Shown here one piece after another: positions 8,106-16,722 of a stretch of 64,000 nucleotides of DNA. The translations under genes were made by a program, and so were the position numbers. The DNA comes from Planctomycetota bacterium (GTDB lineage Bacteria > Planctomycetota > B15-G4). Location: NCBI GenBank assembly GCA_038212275.1, contig JBBQUR010000001.1, forward strand, positions 192,001-256,000. Direction: 5' to 3'. The notes beneath the pieces were generated by a model. The model searched no databases, was not told the origin of the DNA, and was given only the letters and a program-made list of their open reading frames with translations. The stretch's first letter is position 1; every line of letters begins with the position of its first letter.

Positions 8106-10283
8106 TCAGCGATCGAGGATGGAGTGGCCCACCATGCCCTCGCCCGCGGGCAGCCCGAAGTGCTGCAGGAGCGTGACGGTGAGGTCGGGGAGCGCGTGGC
8201 CCGCGCGGGGCAGCTTCCGATTCACGAGCAGGATACCGGGGACGACCTCGGGAGCCATGAGGTGGCTGCCGGACCACAGGTCGTCGTTGTCCGAGAGCAC
8301 GTCCGTGCCGACGTGGCCCAGCGTCGAGGCGTCGGAGCAGTCATAGCCGGCGTTGTAGCCGACGATGACGTCCGGGGCCTCGGCGCGACGCGGTGCCGAA
8401 TAGATGTCGCGGCTGCGGTCCACGCGCAGGACGACCTGGCCGCCGTCCTTGTCGTCGCGCCATGCGAGCAGGTCGGCCGAGAGCTTCGCCATGAGCGCGT
8501 CGGCATCGGCGGGATCCACGCTGCCGCGCGCTTCGCGTCCCTTGAGGTTCAGATACAGGCCGTTGAAGCCGAGGCCGTAGACCGTCGTGCGCGTCCAGTC
8601 GATGTCGCTCGCGTCGATGTCGGGCACGCCGGAGACCACCACCTTGACCGTGCTCCCGTCGTCGAGCACGCGCTCCTCGACCTTGTCGGGCGAGGGAATG
8701 TCGCCCTCGGTCTTGTCCCCCTTGAGGAACAGGTAGCCATGCTCGCGCAACCAGCTGTTGGTGTGCGCCTGCCGCGTGTAGGGCTGGAAGCCGTGGTCCG
8801 ACATGACGATGAGCAGCGTGCCCTCGGGCAGCGCCGTGCGCACCTTGCCGAGCAGCCTGTCGCAGTTGCGGTAATGATTCTCGATGTCGAGCGAGTGCCG
8901 GGCCGCGCTGTCCTTCTCCCACGCGGGGTGGTGGGGCACGCCGGGCGTCTTCGGGTCGCCGTGGCGCCACTCCATGTGGCACTGCAGGTCGATGTCCGAG
9001 AGATACATGAAGCTGCACTTGCCGGGACCGAAGCGCTCCAGCGCGAGGTCGAGCATGCGCTCGCCGTCGGCGTGCACGAGCCCGACCTGCAGCTCGTAGT
9101 CGTCATCGTCGAAGAGGCCGTCCTTGAGGGCGTTGATCTCCTCGGGGAAGCCCTGCGTCCAGTACGGGCCGAGCGCGGCGGCGAGCGCTTCGGCGGCGCC
9201 GTCCGGCGTGGCGATCGGCTGCGCGGGCGCGGCCGGATCGATGTTCACGGGCGAAGCGTAGAGCTTGAAGCCGGGGCGCACTTCCTTGGCGTAGAAGCGC
9301 ACGATGCCGTGCAGCGACAGCATGCCCATCGGCAGCGCATCGAAACTCACGTTCAACCACTCGCTGAACTCGCCCTCGCGCACGATCGTCTCGGAGCCTC
9401 CGACCCGGATCCACAGCACATCCTCCTCGGGATCGACGTGCACGGTGAGGTCGGTGACGAGGTAGTCGTTCTTGCCCGGCAGCTGGCCCGGCTCGAGGTG
9501 GAAGATGTCCGGCGGACCGCGCAGTTTCGTGTGCACGGTGTCGGGGGTGCCGTCGAGGTCCTCGTCGTCCACGGTGACGAACTCGAGGTCGGCCTTGTGG
9601 TCCTTCAGCTTGGTGAAGGCGTCATCGGTGTACCAGGTGTACTTGCCGTACTCGCCGCGCATGTCCACCGTGCCCATGCCGGAGAGCGTCAGGGCTTCGC
9701 TGGCAGGCACCGGATAGTTGCCGGGAATGCGATAGACCTGCGTGTCCACGCCGATCTCGTGCAGGTAATCCCAGTAGGGCTTGCCGCTGCGGTTGTTGCC
9801 GACGGTCTCGCCGCCGAGCGGCAGCACGTAGCCGAAGAGATGCACCGAGCCGGGCACGTCGACGGACGGCGGCGGCGTCGCCGACGCGATTGGCCGATAC
9901 GTCGCCGGGTCGCGGTGCACGAAGTCGAAGATGCCGTGGCCGCCGGGATCCATGCCCGTCGCGAAGGTGGACCACGCGACCGGGCTCTGCGGCGGATTCA
10001 CCGTGGCGAGCGACTGGAAGGTGCCTTCCGCGGCGAGCCGCGTGAACTCGGGCATCTTGCCTTCGTCCATGAGGCGCTGAAGGATCACCGGGTCCATGCC
10101 GTCGATGCCGAGCACGAAGGCTCCGGGCTTGACGGGCGCATCGGCATCGCTCGCGCCGCGCGCCGCGGGAATCAGAGCCGACAGCAGGCCCAGAGCGGCC
10201 AGCGCGCACGCGGCGGTCGGGAGGCGCGCGCCTGCACGACGGCGCGTCCGCAGTGCTTCGAATCTGGAGCCGCGAGGCCTCAT
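8106..10283 (-). CDS. Type I phosphodiesterase/nucleotide pyrophosphatase-like (AlkP superfamily) protein, exported
   Basis: Start ATG overlaps upstream TGA (ATGA); Arg-rich n-region plus hydrophobic h-region; VLGIDGMDP, PPQSPVAWSTFATG, DLQCH, VMSDHGF, SGSH motifs. Confidence 0.9.
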   Translation of the reverse strand: MRPRGSRFEALRTRRRAGARLPTAACALAALGLLSALIPAARGASDADAPVKPGAFVLGIDGMDPVILQRLMDEGKMPEFTRLAAEGTFQSLATVNPPQSPVAWSTFATGMDPGGHGIFDFVHRDPATYRPIASATPPPSVDVPGSVHLFGYVLPLGGETVGNNRSGKPYWDYLHEIGVDTQVYRIPGNYPVPASEALTLSGMGTVDMRGEYGKYTWYTDDAFTKLKDHKADLEFVTVDDEDLDGTPDTVHTKLRGPPDIFHLEPGQLPGKNDYLVTDLTVHVDPEEDVLWIRVGGSETIVREGEFSEWLNVSFDALPMGMLSLHGIVRFYAKEVRPGFKLYASPVNIDPAAPAQPIATPDGAAEALAAALGPYWTQGFPEEINALKDGLFDDDDYELQVGLVHADGERMLDLALERFGPGKCSFMYLSDIDLQCHMEWRHGDPKTPGVPHHPAWEKDSAARHSLDIENHYRNCDRLLGKVRTALPEGTLLIVMSDHGFQPYTRQAHTNSWLREHGYLFLKGDKTEGDIPSPDKVEERVLDDGSTVKVVVSGVPDIDASDIDWTRTTVYGLGFNGLYLNLKGREARGSVDPADADALMAKLSADLLAWRDDKDGGQVVLRVDRSRDIYSAPRRAEAPDVIVGYNAGYDCSDASTLGHVGTDVLSDNDDLWSGSHLMAPEVVPGILLVNRKLPRAGHALPDLTVTLLQHFGLPAGEGMVGHSILDR

Positions 10284-12598
10284 CGCCGCTCCCGATCGCG
10301 CAGCGGTGCGCGCGCAGGTGTTCCGGATGGCGGCGCAGCGGCGGCATTCGAGGCGTCCCCGGATACGGATGCGGTCGATGCGTGAGCAGGCGGGGAGGTG
10401 CCCTCGGGGAAGATGCGTGCGCCCGGAGCCGAGCCGGACTGCGAGAGCGTGTGCGGGTCGAGCGGGCCGCGCACGGCGGCCGCGTCGCCCTCGGCCGCGA
10501 AGACCGGCTTGCCCTGCATGTACTTCGGCGCCACCTGGCCGAAGAGGGCCATGACCGACGGTGCGAGGTCCAGGATGTTCGGCGTGTCGGTGTTGATGGG
10601 CAGGTTGCTGAAGAAGACGCCGGGCACGATGCGCGGATCCACGCAGTGGTCGCCGCTCCAGCTCTTCGTGTTGTCGGTGAAGACTTCCTTCGGCACCGCG
10701 CCGGTCGCGCAGTCCCAGGAATTCCGGTAGCCGCCGTCGTAGCCGACGATGAGGTCCGGGGCATCGAGGCGGTAGGGGCCGTCGAAGAAATCCGCGGCCG
10801 CGAAGACGTCGAGGATCGCGTGCTTGCCGGTCTGCGGATCGATCAGTTCCTTCAGCCTGGCGATGAGCTCCGCCTTCAGCGCGTCGTACTCCGCGCCCTC
10901 GGTCACGATGCCGCTGGCCTCGCGGCCCTTGCGATTGATGAACATGCCGGTGAGACCGAGGCTGAAGGCCTTCGTGCGGCTCCAGTCCACGCTTTCGAAC
11001 CAGTCGCCGCTCGTCTCCTTGCCGTCCTTGAGGAACAGGTAGCCGTTTTCCTTGAGCCACGCATTGAGGTTCACGCCGCGGCGGAAATTCGTGAAGCCGT
11101 GATCGGACATCACGACGAAGGCAGTGTCGGGGTTCTCGACGACGTCCTTCCAGATGCGGCCGAGCAGGTCGTCCATGCGCTTGTAGACGTCGGCGATGGT
11201 GTTCTTGTGCTTCTCGACATCCTTGCCGTGGTTGGCCGGGTGGGTCGGGTCGAGGTAGCGGTAGAACATGTGCTGCACGCGGTCGGTCGTGTCGAAGACC
11301 GTCGTGACGAGGCCCTTCTTCGTCTTGCTCAGCGCGTCGAGGAACATCCTCTCGCGCTCCTCGGCGATGATCAGGCACTGCTCGTAGAAGGCCTGCTCGT
11401 CGATGACCCGCTCGTTGAGCGCCCAGGTGTCCTCGGCGAGGCCCAGCGTCGCGAACGGCCCGAGCTTCTTGGCGAGGTAGATCGAGTACACGCTCGGGTG
11501 GCTGATCGGCATCGCCGGGTTTTCCGGGTCGATGTGGATCGGCGTCATGTAGACGTTCACGTCCGGCTCGATCGCCATGATGTAGAAGCGCGCGATGCCC
11601 TTCACCTTGATGCCGAGGCCCGCCTTGAAGGTGAGCTGGATCCACGGCGAGTATTCGCGCAGGTTCAGGTGGAAGGGTTCGCAGTCCTCGATCTCGAAGC
11701 GCGCGCCACGCTGATCCGCGTCCACGATGAGCGTGAAGGGCACCGTCATCGACGGGTCGCCCCTCACCATGCTGTTGGTGGGGCCCAGGATGCGCGAGCG
11801 GATCTGTCCCTGCTTGTTGCGGCGCAGCACCGTCTGCTCGCCGCCCGTGAACGCCGCGTGACCCTCATGCTGCGCCGTGCTGAAGAAGCCGAAGGTGCCC
11901 TGGCTGCCGCGCAGGTCCGGCACGCACATGCCCGAGAGCAGCAGGCCGTTGAACTTCACCGGCGGGAAGGTGATGGGCACGCGCTGGATGATCGAGAAGA
12001 TGTGCTTCTCGCCGAGCAGCTTCCAGAAGGCCTGGCTTTTCTGGAGCAGCTTGATGCGCGGCTTTTCCATCGGAATCATGTACTTCCCGATGTTCAGCAC
12101 CTTCTTGGCGTTGCCGATGTCCGTGGACGACAGCATCGGCATGTAGGTGCACGGGTCGCGCGTGAGGAAGTCGTAGATGTCGTGGCGCGACGGGTCCACG
12201 CCCGTCGTGAACGACGACCACGCCACCGGCGACATCGACGGGTAGCTGGTGGCCAGCGGGCGGAAGACGCCCTTGTCCGCGAGCCTCTGGAAGTTGGGCA
12301 GCTTGCCCTCGCGCATGAGGCGCGTGGCGATGCCGGGATCCATGCCGTCGAGCCCGAGCACCACGACGCGCTTCACGCGCGCGTGCTTGAACGGGTTGCC
12401 CACGCTGACCATGCGCCAGACGAGCCGGATCGGCCAGATGAGCATCGTGCCGAAGGCGATGAAGAAGGTCAGGATGAGCGCGAAGGCCGAGCCCGCAAAG
12501 GCGAAGCCGGCACCCGGTCCGATGTACGCGTGTGCCTGCTCCCCGCCGAAGAGCACCCAGACGGCGACGAGCGCGGCGATACGCAGCAGCGGCAGCAT
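10280..12598 (-). CDS. Type I phosphodiesterase/nucleotide pyrophosphatase-like (AlkP superfamily) protein, membrane anchored
   Basis: RBS GAGGA before ATG 12598; signal peptide (AHA) then YIGPGAG and TM helix; VLGLDGMDP, PSMSPVAWSSFTTG, DRVQH, VMSDHGF, SGDH; paralogue of 8106-10283. Confidence 0.9.
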   Translation of the reverse strand: MLPLLRIAALVAVWVLFGGEQAHAYIGPGAGFAFAGSAFALILTFFIAFGTMLIWPIRLVWRMVSVGNPFKHARVKRVVVLGLDGMDPGIATRLMREGKLPNFQRLADKGVFRPLATSYPSMSPVAWSSFTTGVDPSRHDIYDFLTRDPCTYMPMLSSTDIGNAKKVLNIGKYMIPMEKPRIKLLQKSQAFWKLLGEKHIFSIIQRVPITFPPVKFNGLLLSGMCVPDLRGSQGTFGFFSTAQHEGHAAFTGGEQTVLRRNKQGQIRSRILGPTNSMVRGDPSMTVPFTLIVDADQRGARFEIEDCEPFHLNLREYSPWIQLTFKAGLGIKVKGIARFYIMAIEPDVNVYMTPIHIDPENPAMPISHPSVYSIYLAKKLGPFATLGLAEDTWALNERVIDEQAFYEQCLIIAEERERMFLDALSKTKKGLVTTVFDTTDRVQHMFYRYLDPTHPANHGKDVEKHKNTIADVYKRMDDLLGRIWKDVVENPDTAFVVMSDHGFTNFRRGVNLNAWLKENGYLFLKDGKETSGDWFESVDWSRTKAFSLGLTGMFINRKGREASGIVTEGAEYDALKAELIARLKELIDPQTGKHAILDVFAAADFFDGPYRLDAPDLIVGYDGGYRNSWDCATGAVPKEVFTDNTKSWSGDHCVDPRIVPGVFFSNLPINTDTPNILDLAPSVMALFGQVAPKYMQGKPVFAAEGDAAAVRGPLDPHTLSQSGSAPGARIFPEGTSPPAHASTASVSGDASNAAAAPPSGTPARAPLRDRERR

Positions 12599-12650
12599 GG
12601 TGATCCTCGGGAGGCATGCCGGGCTGCGCGTCGCGCTCCCGGCGGTCAGG

Positions 12651-13259
12651 TCAGTCGATGAAATGCAGTGTCCGCAGCTTTTCGCGGATGGCAAGTTCCT
12701 CGGCCTCGGGGATGTCCTCGCCGGGCGCGGCGGGGATCAGACCCTTGAGCTCGAGGTAGCGCACGATCGCGTCGGTCGATTCCTCGATGGACTCCTTGCC
12801 GGAGTCGATCTTGATTTCGGCGTGCTCGGGCGCCTCGTAAGGATCGTCCACGCCGGTGAAACCCTTGATCTCGCCTGCGCGGGCCTTCTTGTAGAGGCCC
12901 TTCACGTCGCGGGCTTCCAGCTCGTCCAGCGTGGCGTGGGTGTAGACCTCCACGAAGCTGCCGTGCAGGGCGCGGATCTCGTCGCGCACCGCCTTGTAGG
13001 GCGAGATGGCCGCGGCGATGCACACGGTGTTGTTGCGCGCCAGGAGGCCCGCCACGAAGCCGATGCGGCGGATGTTCGTGTCACGGTCTTCCTTGGAGAA
13101 ACCGAGGCCCTTGGAGAGGTTCGTGCGCACGACATCGCCGTCGAGCAGTTCCACGTTCATGCCGCGCGCGAGGATGACGCGCTGAACGCGCTTGGCGAGC
13201 GTGGTCTTGCCCGCGCCCGAGAGTCCGGTGAACCAGAGAGTGAAGCCGGTGTTGGCCAT
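12651..13259 (-). CDS. cysC: Adenylyl-sulfate (APS) kinase with C-terminal extension
   Basis: TLWFTGLSGAGKTT P-loop, LLDGDVVR, GFSKEDRDTNIRRIG, ISPY, DVKGLYKKARAGEIKGFTGVDDPYEAP. Confidence 0.97.
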   Translation of the reverse strand: MANTGFTLWFTGLSGAGKTTLAKRVQRVILARGMNVELLDGDVVRTNLSKGLGFSKEDRDTNIRRIGFVAGLLARNNTVCIAAAISPYKAVRDEIRALHGSFVEVYTHATLDELEARDVKGLYKKARAGEIKGFTGVDDPYEAPEHAEIKIDSGKESIEESTDAIVRYLELKGLIPAAPGEDIPEAEELAIREKLRTLHFID

Positions 13260-13352
13260 GAGTAGTCCGGGGGAAAGGTAGGGGATGCAGGACGGGATCG
13301 GAAATGAAACGTTGGAATCGATCCGGCCACGCGAGGGCGGATCGGGCGTGCT

Positions 13353-14336
13353 TCAGCGCACCTTGGCCTCGAGGAACGGAACCTCGAAGACCTTCTCGTG
13401 CATGATCGGGCCGTGCCCGAAGTAGCCGTGCTCGCCGAAGAGCTCGCCGTGGTCCGCCGTGACCGTGATGAAGGTGTTCTTCGGCACGATGTCGTACAGC
13501 TTCGGGAAGACCACCCGGTCCAGGTACTTGACCGTGTTGATCTGGCGCTGGCGCAGCTCGTCCAGTTTTTCCTGGTTGAAGAACTGCGGCACCTTGTCGT
13601 CCTTGATCAGCTTGCCGCCGACGACCTGGCTGTCCAGGTGCTTGAAGACGCCGTGGATGCCCGAGATGCGCGGCCAGTCCTTCGGGTCCTCGTCTGGCAG
13701 CGCGAAGGGGTAGTGCGTCTCGCCGACGTTCAGCATGTAGAAGCTGGGGCGCTCGTCGCTGAACTTCAGCGTGTCGAGCATCTTCAGCATGTCGTTGTGC
13801 TTGTCCATCAGCTGGAAGGTGTCGAAGGCGCGGTTCACGCCGGTCTTGTTGTTGAGCACCGGCAGCGAGACGCGCGCGCCCGTGATGTATCCCATCTCGC
13901 TGCGCAGGAACTCCGGCATCCACAGCGACGGCACGAGCTTCCCGAACTCCATGCCCTCGGTGCCGAAGCGCGTGTTGTAGTTGAGGAAGTCGTCCTTGTA
14001 GTACTCGGACGCGAACACGTTCTCGGGGCTGTGATGCGGCAGCAGGCCCATGAGCAGGTTGTAGTGCGACGGGCCTGTCCAGCTCGCGTAGCTCCAGCGC
14101 CGCTCGATCTTTCCACCACTGATCTTCGCGATGTTCTTCGGCTCCGCCGCCATGAACGAGTCGTAGCGGCAGGAGTCGAGCGTGATCACGATGTAGTTGT
14201 TTTTGCCCTTCGGATCCGGGCGCGACGACAGTCCGCCGGGCATCGGGCGCGGGCCGGGTCGGCCCGCGCCGGCCGCGGGGCCCCTTCCCGGTGCGGGAGC
14301 GGGCTTGCCGCCGAAGAGCTTGTCGATCAGTCCCAT
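13353..14336 (-). CDS. Cytoplasmic sulfatase-like metalloenzyme (AlkP superfamily)
   Basis: IVITLDSCRYD, ASWTGPSH, NVGETHYPF, TADHGELFGEHGYFGHG, EVPF motifs; no signal peptide. Confidence 0.85.
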   Translation of the reverse strand: MGLIDKLFGGKPAPAPGRGPAAGAGRPGPRPMPGGLSSRPDPKGKNNYIVITLDSCRYDSFMAAEPKNIAKISGGKIERRWSYASWTGPSHYNLLMGLLPHHSPENVFASEYYKDDFLNYNTRFGTEGMEFGKLVPSLWMPEFLRSEMGYITGARVSLPVLNNKTGVNRAFDTFQLMDKHNDMLKMLDTLKFSDERPSFYMLNVGETHYPFALPDEDPKDWPRISGIHGVFKHLDSQVVGGKLIKDDKVPQFFNQEKLDELRQRQINTVKYLDRVVFPKLYDIVPKNTFITVTADHGELFGEHGYFGHGPIMHEKVFEVPFLEAKVR

Positions 14337-14433
14337 CGGGAATCTCTCCTCGTGAGCGCGCCGCGGGTCGTCCGTCGGCGCGGGTGCAGTGGGGGTGTGG
14401 CGGCCGGACCGCCTGCGTTGACTTCGCCGTCGT

Positions 14434-15597
14434 TCAGGCCGGTGAGCCGGCCGATGCGGACAGCGCCGCGATCAGGATGTCGGCCACCTCCGGTCGCGTG
14501 AACTCCACGGGCGGACGCGTGCCGCTGCGCAGCATCTCGCGCACCTTCGTGCCGGAGAGCATCACCATGTCCTCGGGCAGCGTCGCCGCCGAGGTCTTGT
14601 TGGTGGCCATCGCGCCGGCCTTGCGGTCCCAGAAGGCGTTCTCGAACATCAGCGGCGTGATGCCGATCTCCTCCGCCGTGAAGCTGCGGATGAAGCTCTG
14701 CGCATCGAAGCTTCCGTAGAAGCTGCCCACGCCCGCGTGATCGCGGCCGACGATGAAGTGCGTGAATCCGTAGTTCTTGCGGATCAGCGCGTGGAAGACC
14801 GCTTCGCGCGGTCCCGCATACCGCATCGCCTGCGGATACACGGCCAGTGCGACGCGGTCCTTCGGGTAGTACTTCGCGAGCAGTGCCTTGTAGCAGTCCA
14901 TGCGCACGCGCGCCGGGACGTCGTCGCTCTTGGTCTCGCCGACGAGCGGGTGGATCACCAGGCCGTCCACGCCCTCGAGCGCGCACTTGGTGAGGTATTC
15001 GTGCGCACGGTGCACCGGGTTGCGCGTCTGGAAGGCCACGATGGTCTTCCAGCCCTTGGCCTTGAAGAGCACGCGCGTCTCGCGCGGCGAGAGGCGGAAC
15101 TCGTTCGCGAAGTCGTACTTCGGCAGGTCGAGCACCCACACCGGACCGGCAAGGTAGTCCGGGCCGATGGAGTCCAGGTACTGCACGCCGGGGTGGCTCT
15201 TGTCGGTGGTGCCGAGGCAACCCCGAGCCTCCTCGTTCTTGTCGAAGCTGTAGCGCTCTTCCAGCGTCATGATGCCGAGCAGGTTGCCGGCTTCGTCCTG
15301 CAGCGCGAGGTCGCTGCCGATGGCGTACTTCGCGTCGCCCTTGGCGGAGAGCGTGACGGGCAGCGGCCACACCACGCCGTTGGCGAGGCGGCACGTCGTC
15401 GCGACGGAGTGCAGGTCGTTGCGTCCCATGAAACCCTCGAGCGGGCTCATGGCGCCGGTGCCGAGCATCTCCAGGTCGCTGGTCTCGCGCGCGTTCAACG
15501 TCACGCGGGGGGCCTTGCGAGCTGCGGCCAGCAGCGCGTCGCGCTGTGCACCGGAGGCGATGCGGTTGATCAGGCGTCCACCATGAGCTGCGATCAT
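14434..15597 (-). CDS. sat: Sulfate adenylyltransferase (ATP sulfurylase)
   Basis: HGGRLINR, SPLEGFM, VAFQTRNPVHRAHEY, MRYAGPREA, HFIVGRDHAGVG, SGTKVR, PVEFTRPEV. Confidence 0.98.
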   Translation of the reverse strand: MIAAHGGRLINRIASGAQRDALLAAARKAPRVTLNARETSDLEMLGTGAMSPLEGFMGRNDLHSVATTCRLANGVVWPLPVTLSAKGDAKYAIGSDLALQDEAGNLLGIMTLEERYSFDKNEEARGCLGTTDKSHPGVQYLDSIGPDYLAGPVWVLDLPKYDFANEFRLSPRETRVLFKAKGWKTIVAFQTRNPVHRAHEYLTKCALEGVDGLVIHPLVGETKSDDVPARVRMDCYKALLAKYYPKDRVALAVYPQAMRYAGPREAVFHALIRKNYGFTHFIVGRDHAGVGSFYGSFDAQSFIRSFTAEEIGITPLMFENAFWDRKAGAMATNKTSAATLPEDMVMLSGTKVREMLRSGTRPPVEFTRPEVADILIAALSASAGSPA

Positions 15598-15609
15598 CGA
15601 AAGGGTCTC

Positions 15610-15852
15610 CTACAGGTATCCGAGGTTCTGGAGTTTGCGACGGATCTCGGCGATGTCTTCCTTGGAGAAGGCGTTCGTCGTGCCGTCCGGGGGGTGAGTT
15701 GATGTCTTCTGCAGCGCGCTGTCGCCGACGAGGTCGCGCAGCACGAACACGATGAAGTCCGTCGGGGACGAAAAGCCCGACTCCGCGATCACCTGCTGGA
15801 TCCGCTCGTAGAGCGGCCGCGGGATCTTGACGGTGACCTTGGGTTCGCGCAT
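15610..15852 (-). CDS. Ribbon-helix-helix (CopG-like) regulator with C-terminal LQNLGYL tail
   Basis: MREPKVTVKIPRPLYERIQQVIAESGFSSPTDFIVFVLRDLV; first gene of the sat operon. Confidence 0.85.
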   Translation of the reverse strand: MREPKVTVKIPRPLYERIQQVIAESGFSSPTDFIVFVLRDLVGDSALQKTSTHPPDGTTNAFSKEDIAEIRRKLQNLGYL

Positions 15853-16024
15853 GGACGGTGGGGCCTTCGTGCGGCGTGGGGGCGTGGAGAAAGGCGTGCG
15901 AAGCGGGGTGCCCGGCTGAGCAGGGATCGGCGGGCCGGCGGAGTGTGGAGGAGGCTGGTTCTCGGTCGGGAGTCGCGGCGAGAGCTTGGATCCGGGTTGC
16001 TCAGGGACCCGATCCGGGTCACTT

Positions 16025-16084
16025 CGCACTCCAATCACACTCCAAAAGGAGTGCGGACTATACCCGCCAGATGCGACGGCGCAA
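16025..16084 (-). promoter_or_regulatory. Sigma70-type promoter for the RHH-sat operon with overlapping candidate operator
   Basis: Minus strand TTGCGC (16084-16079) - 16 nt - TATAGT (16062-16057); CACTCC/GGAGTG repeats at 16027, 16038 and 16048 lie at and just after the predicted start site. Confidence 0.6.
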
Positions 16085-16215
16085 GCACATCCCGGGCCTG
16101 CGGGACGGTGCCTTGAGGCAAAGCGACGAGGTCCGGCCTCGCATCTCCGCGCAGGCCCCGTATTCTGCGCCATTCGGGTTTCATTCCTCCCCCTTCGGCC
16201 CCTGGAGCCATTCCG

Positions 16216-16722
16216 ATGACCATTCGCATGGCACTCGCCGGCAGCCTGCTCGTGCTGCTCGCGGCGTGCGGCACCAAGTCTCCCCAGGCATTGGTGGACG
16301 CCATCCAGGCCGACCTCAACAGCGGCAACTTTCAGGCAGCCAGCATCGGGGCGCAGTCCGCGCTTGGCCTGGAGACCATCAAGGCCGACAAGGCGCTCAC
16401 CTGGCGCGTCGAGAAGATGCAGCTGGACGCGCTGGCAGGAAGCAAGCAGAGCGCCGACATCCTTGCGAACCTCACGCGACTGCGCGCGAGCAATCCTGCG
16501 CAGGTGGATGCGGCCCTCTACGCCTCGCTTGCAGGCAAACTGAGCCAGCAGCACGAGTACCTCGGCGCGATCGACATCGTCCACGCCGGCATCGAGCAGT
16601 TCCCCGAGCAGAAGGCGCGCTTCGAGGGCGAACTCAAGAACCTCACGCTCTCCGCGAAGGCTGCCAGCGAAACCGGCGACAACGCCGCGCTCGACAAGCT
16701 CCGCAGCCTCGGATACCTGTGA
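16216..16722 (+). CDS. Lipoprotein, helical/TPR-like, ending LRSLGYL
   Basis: Lipobox LLAAC; RBS GGAG; paralogue of the next gene. Confidence 0.85.
   Translation: MTIRMALAGSLLVLLAACGTKSPQALVDAIQADLNSGNFQAASIGAQSALGLETIKADKALTWRVEKMQLDALAGSKQSADILANLTRLRASNPAQVDAALYASLAGKLSQQHEYLGAIDIVHAGIEQFPEQKARFEGELKNLTLSAKAASETGDNAALDKLRSLGYL

Noticed and set aside
12651..15597. sat/cysC as dissimilatory sulfate reduction or standard cysteine assimilation
   Set aside because: No aprAB, dsrAB, cysH or cysIJ in the locus; presence of APS kinase points to PAPS supply
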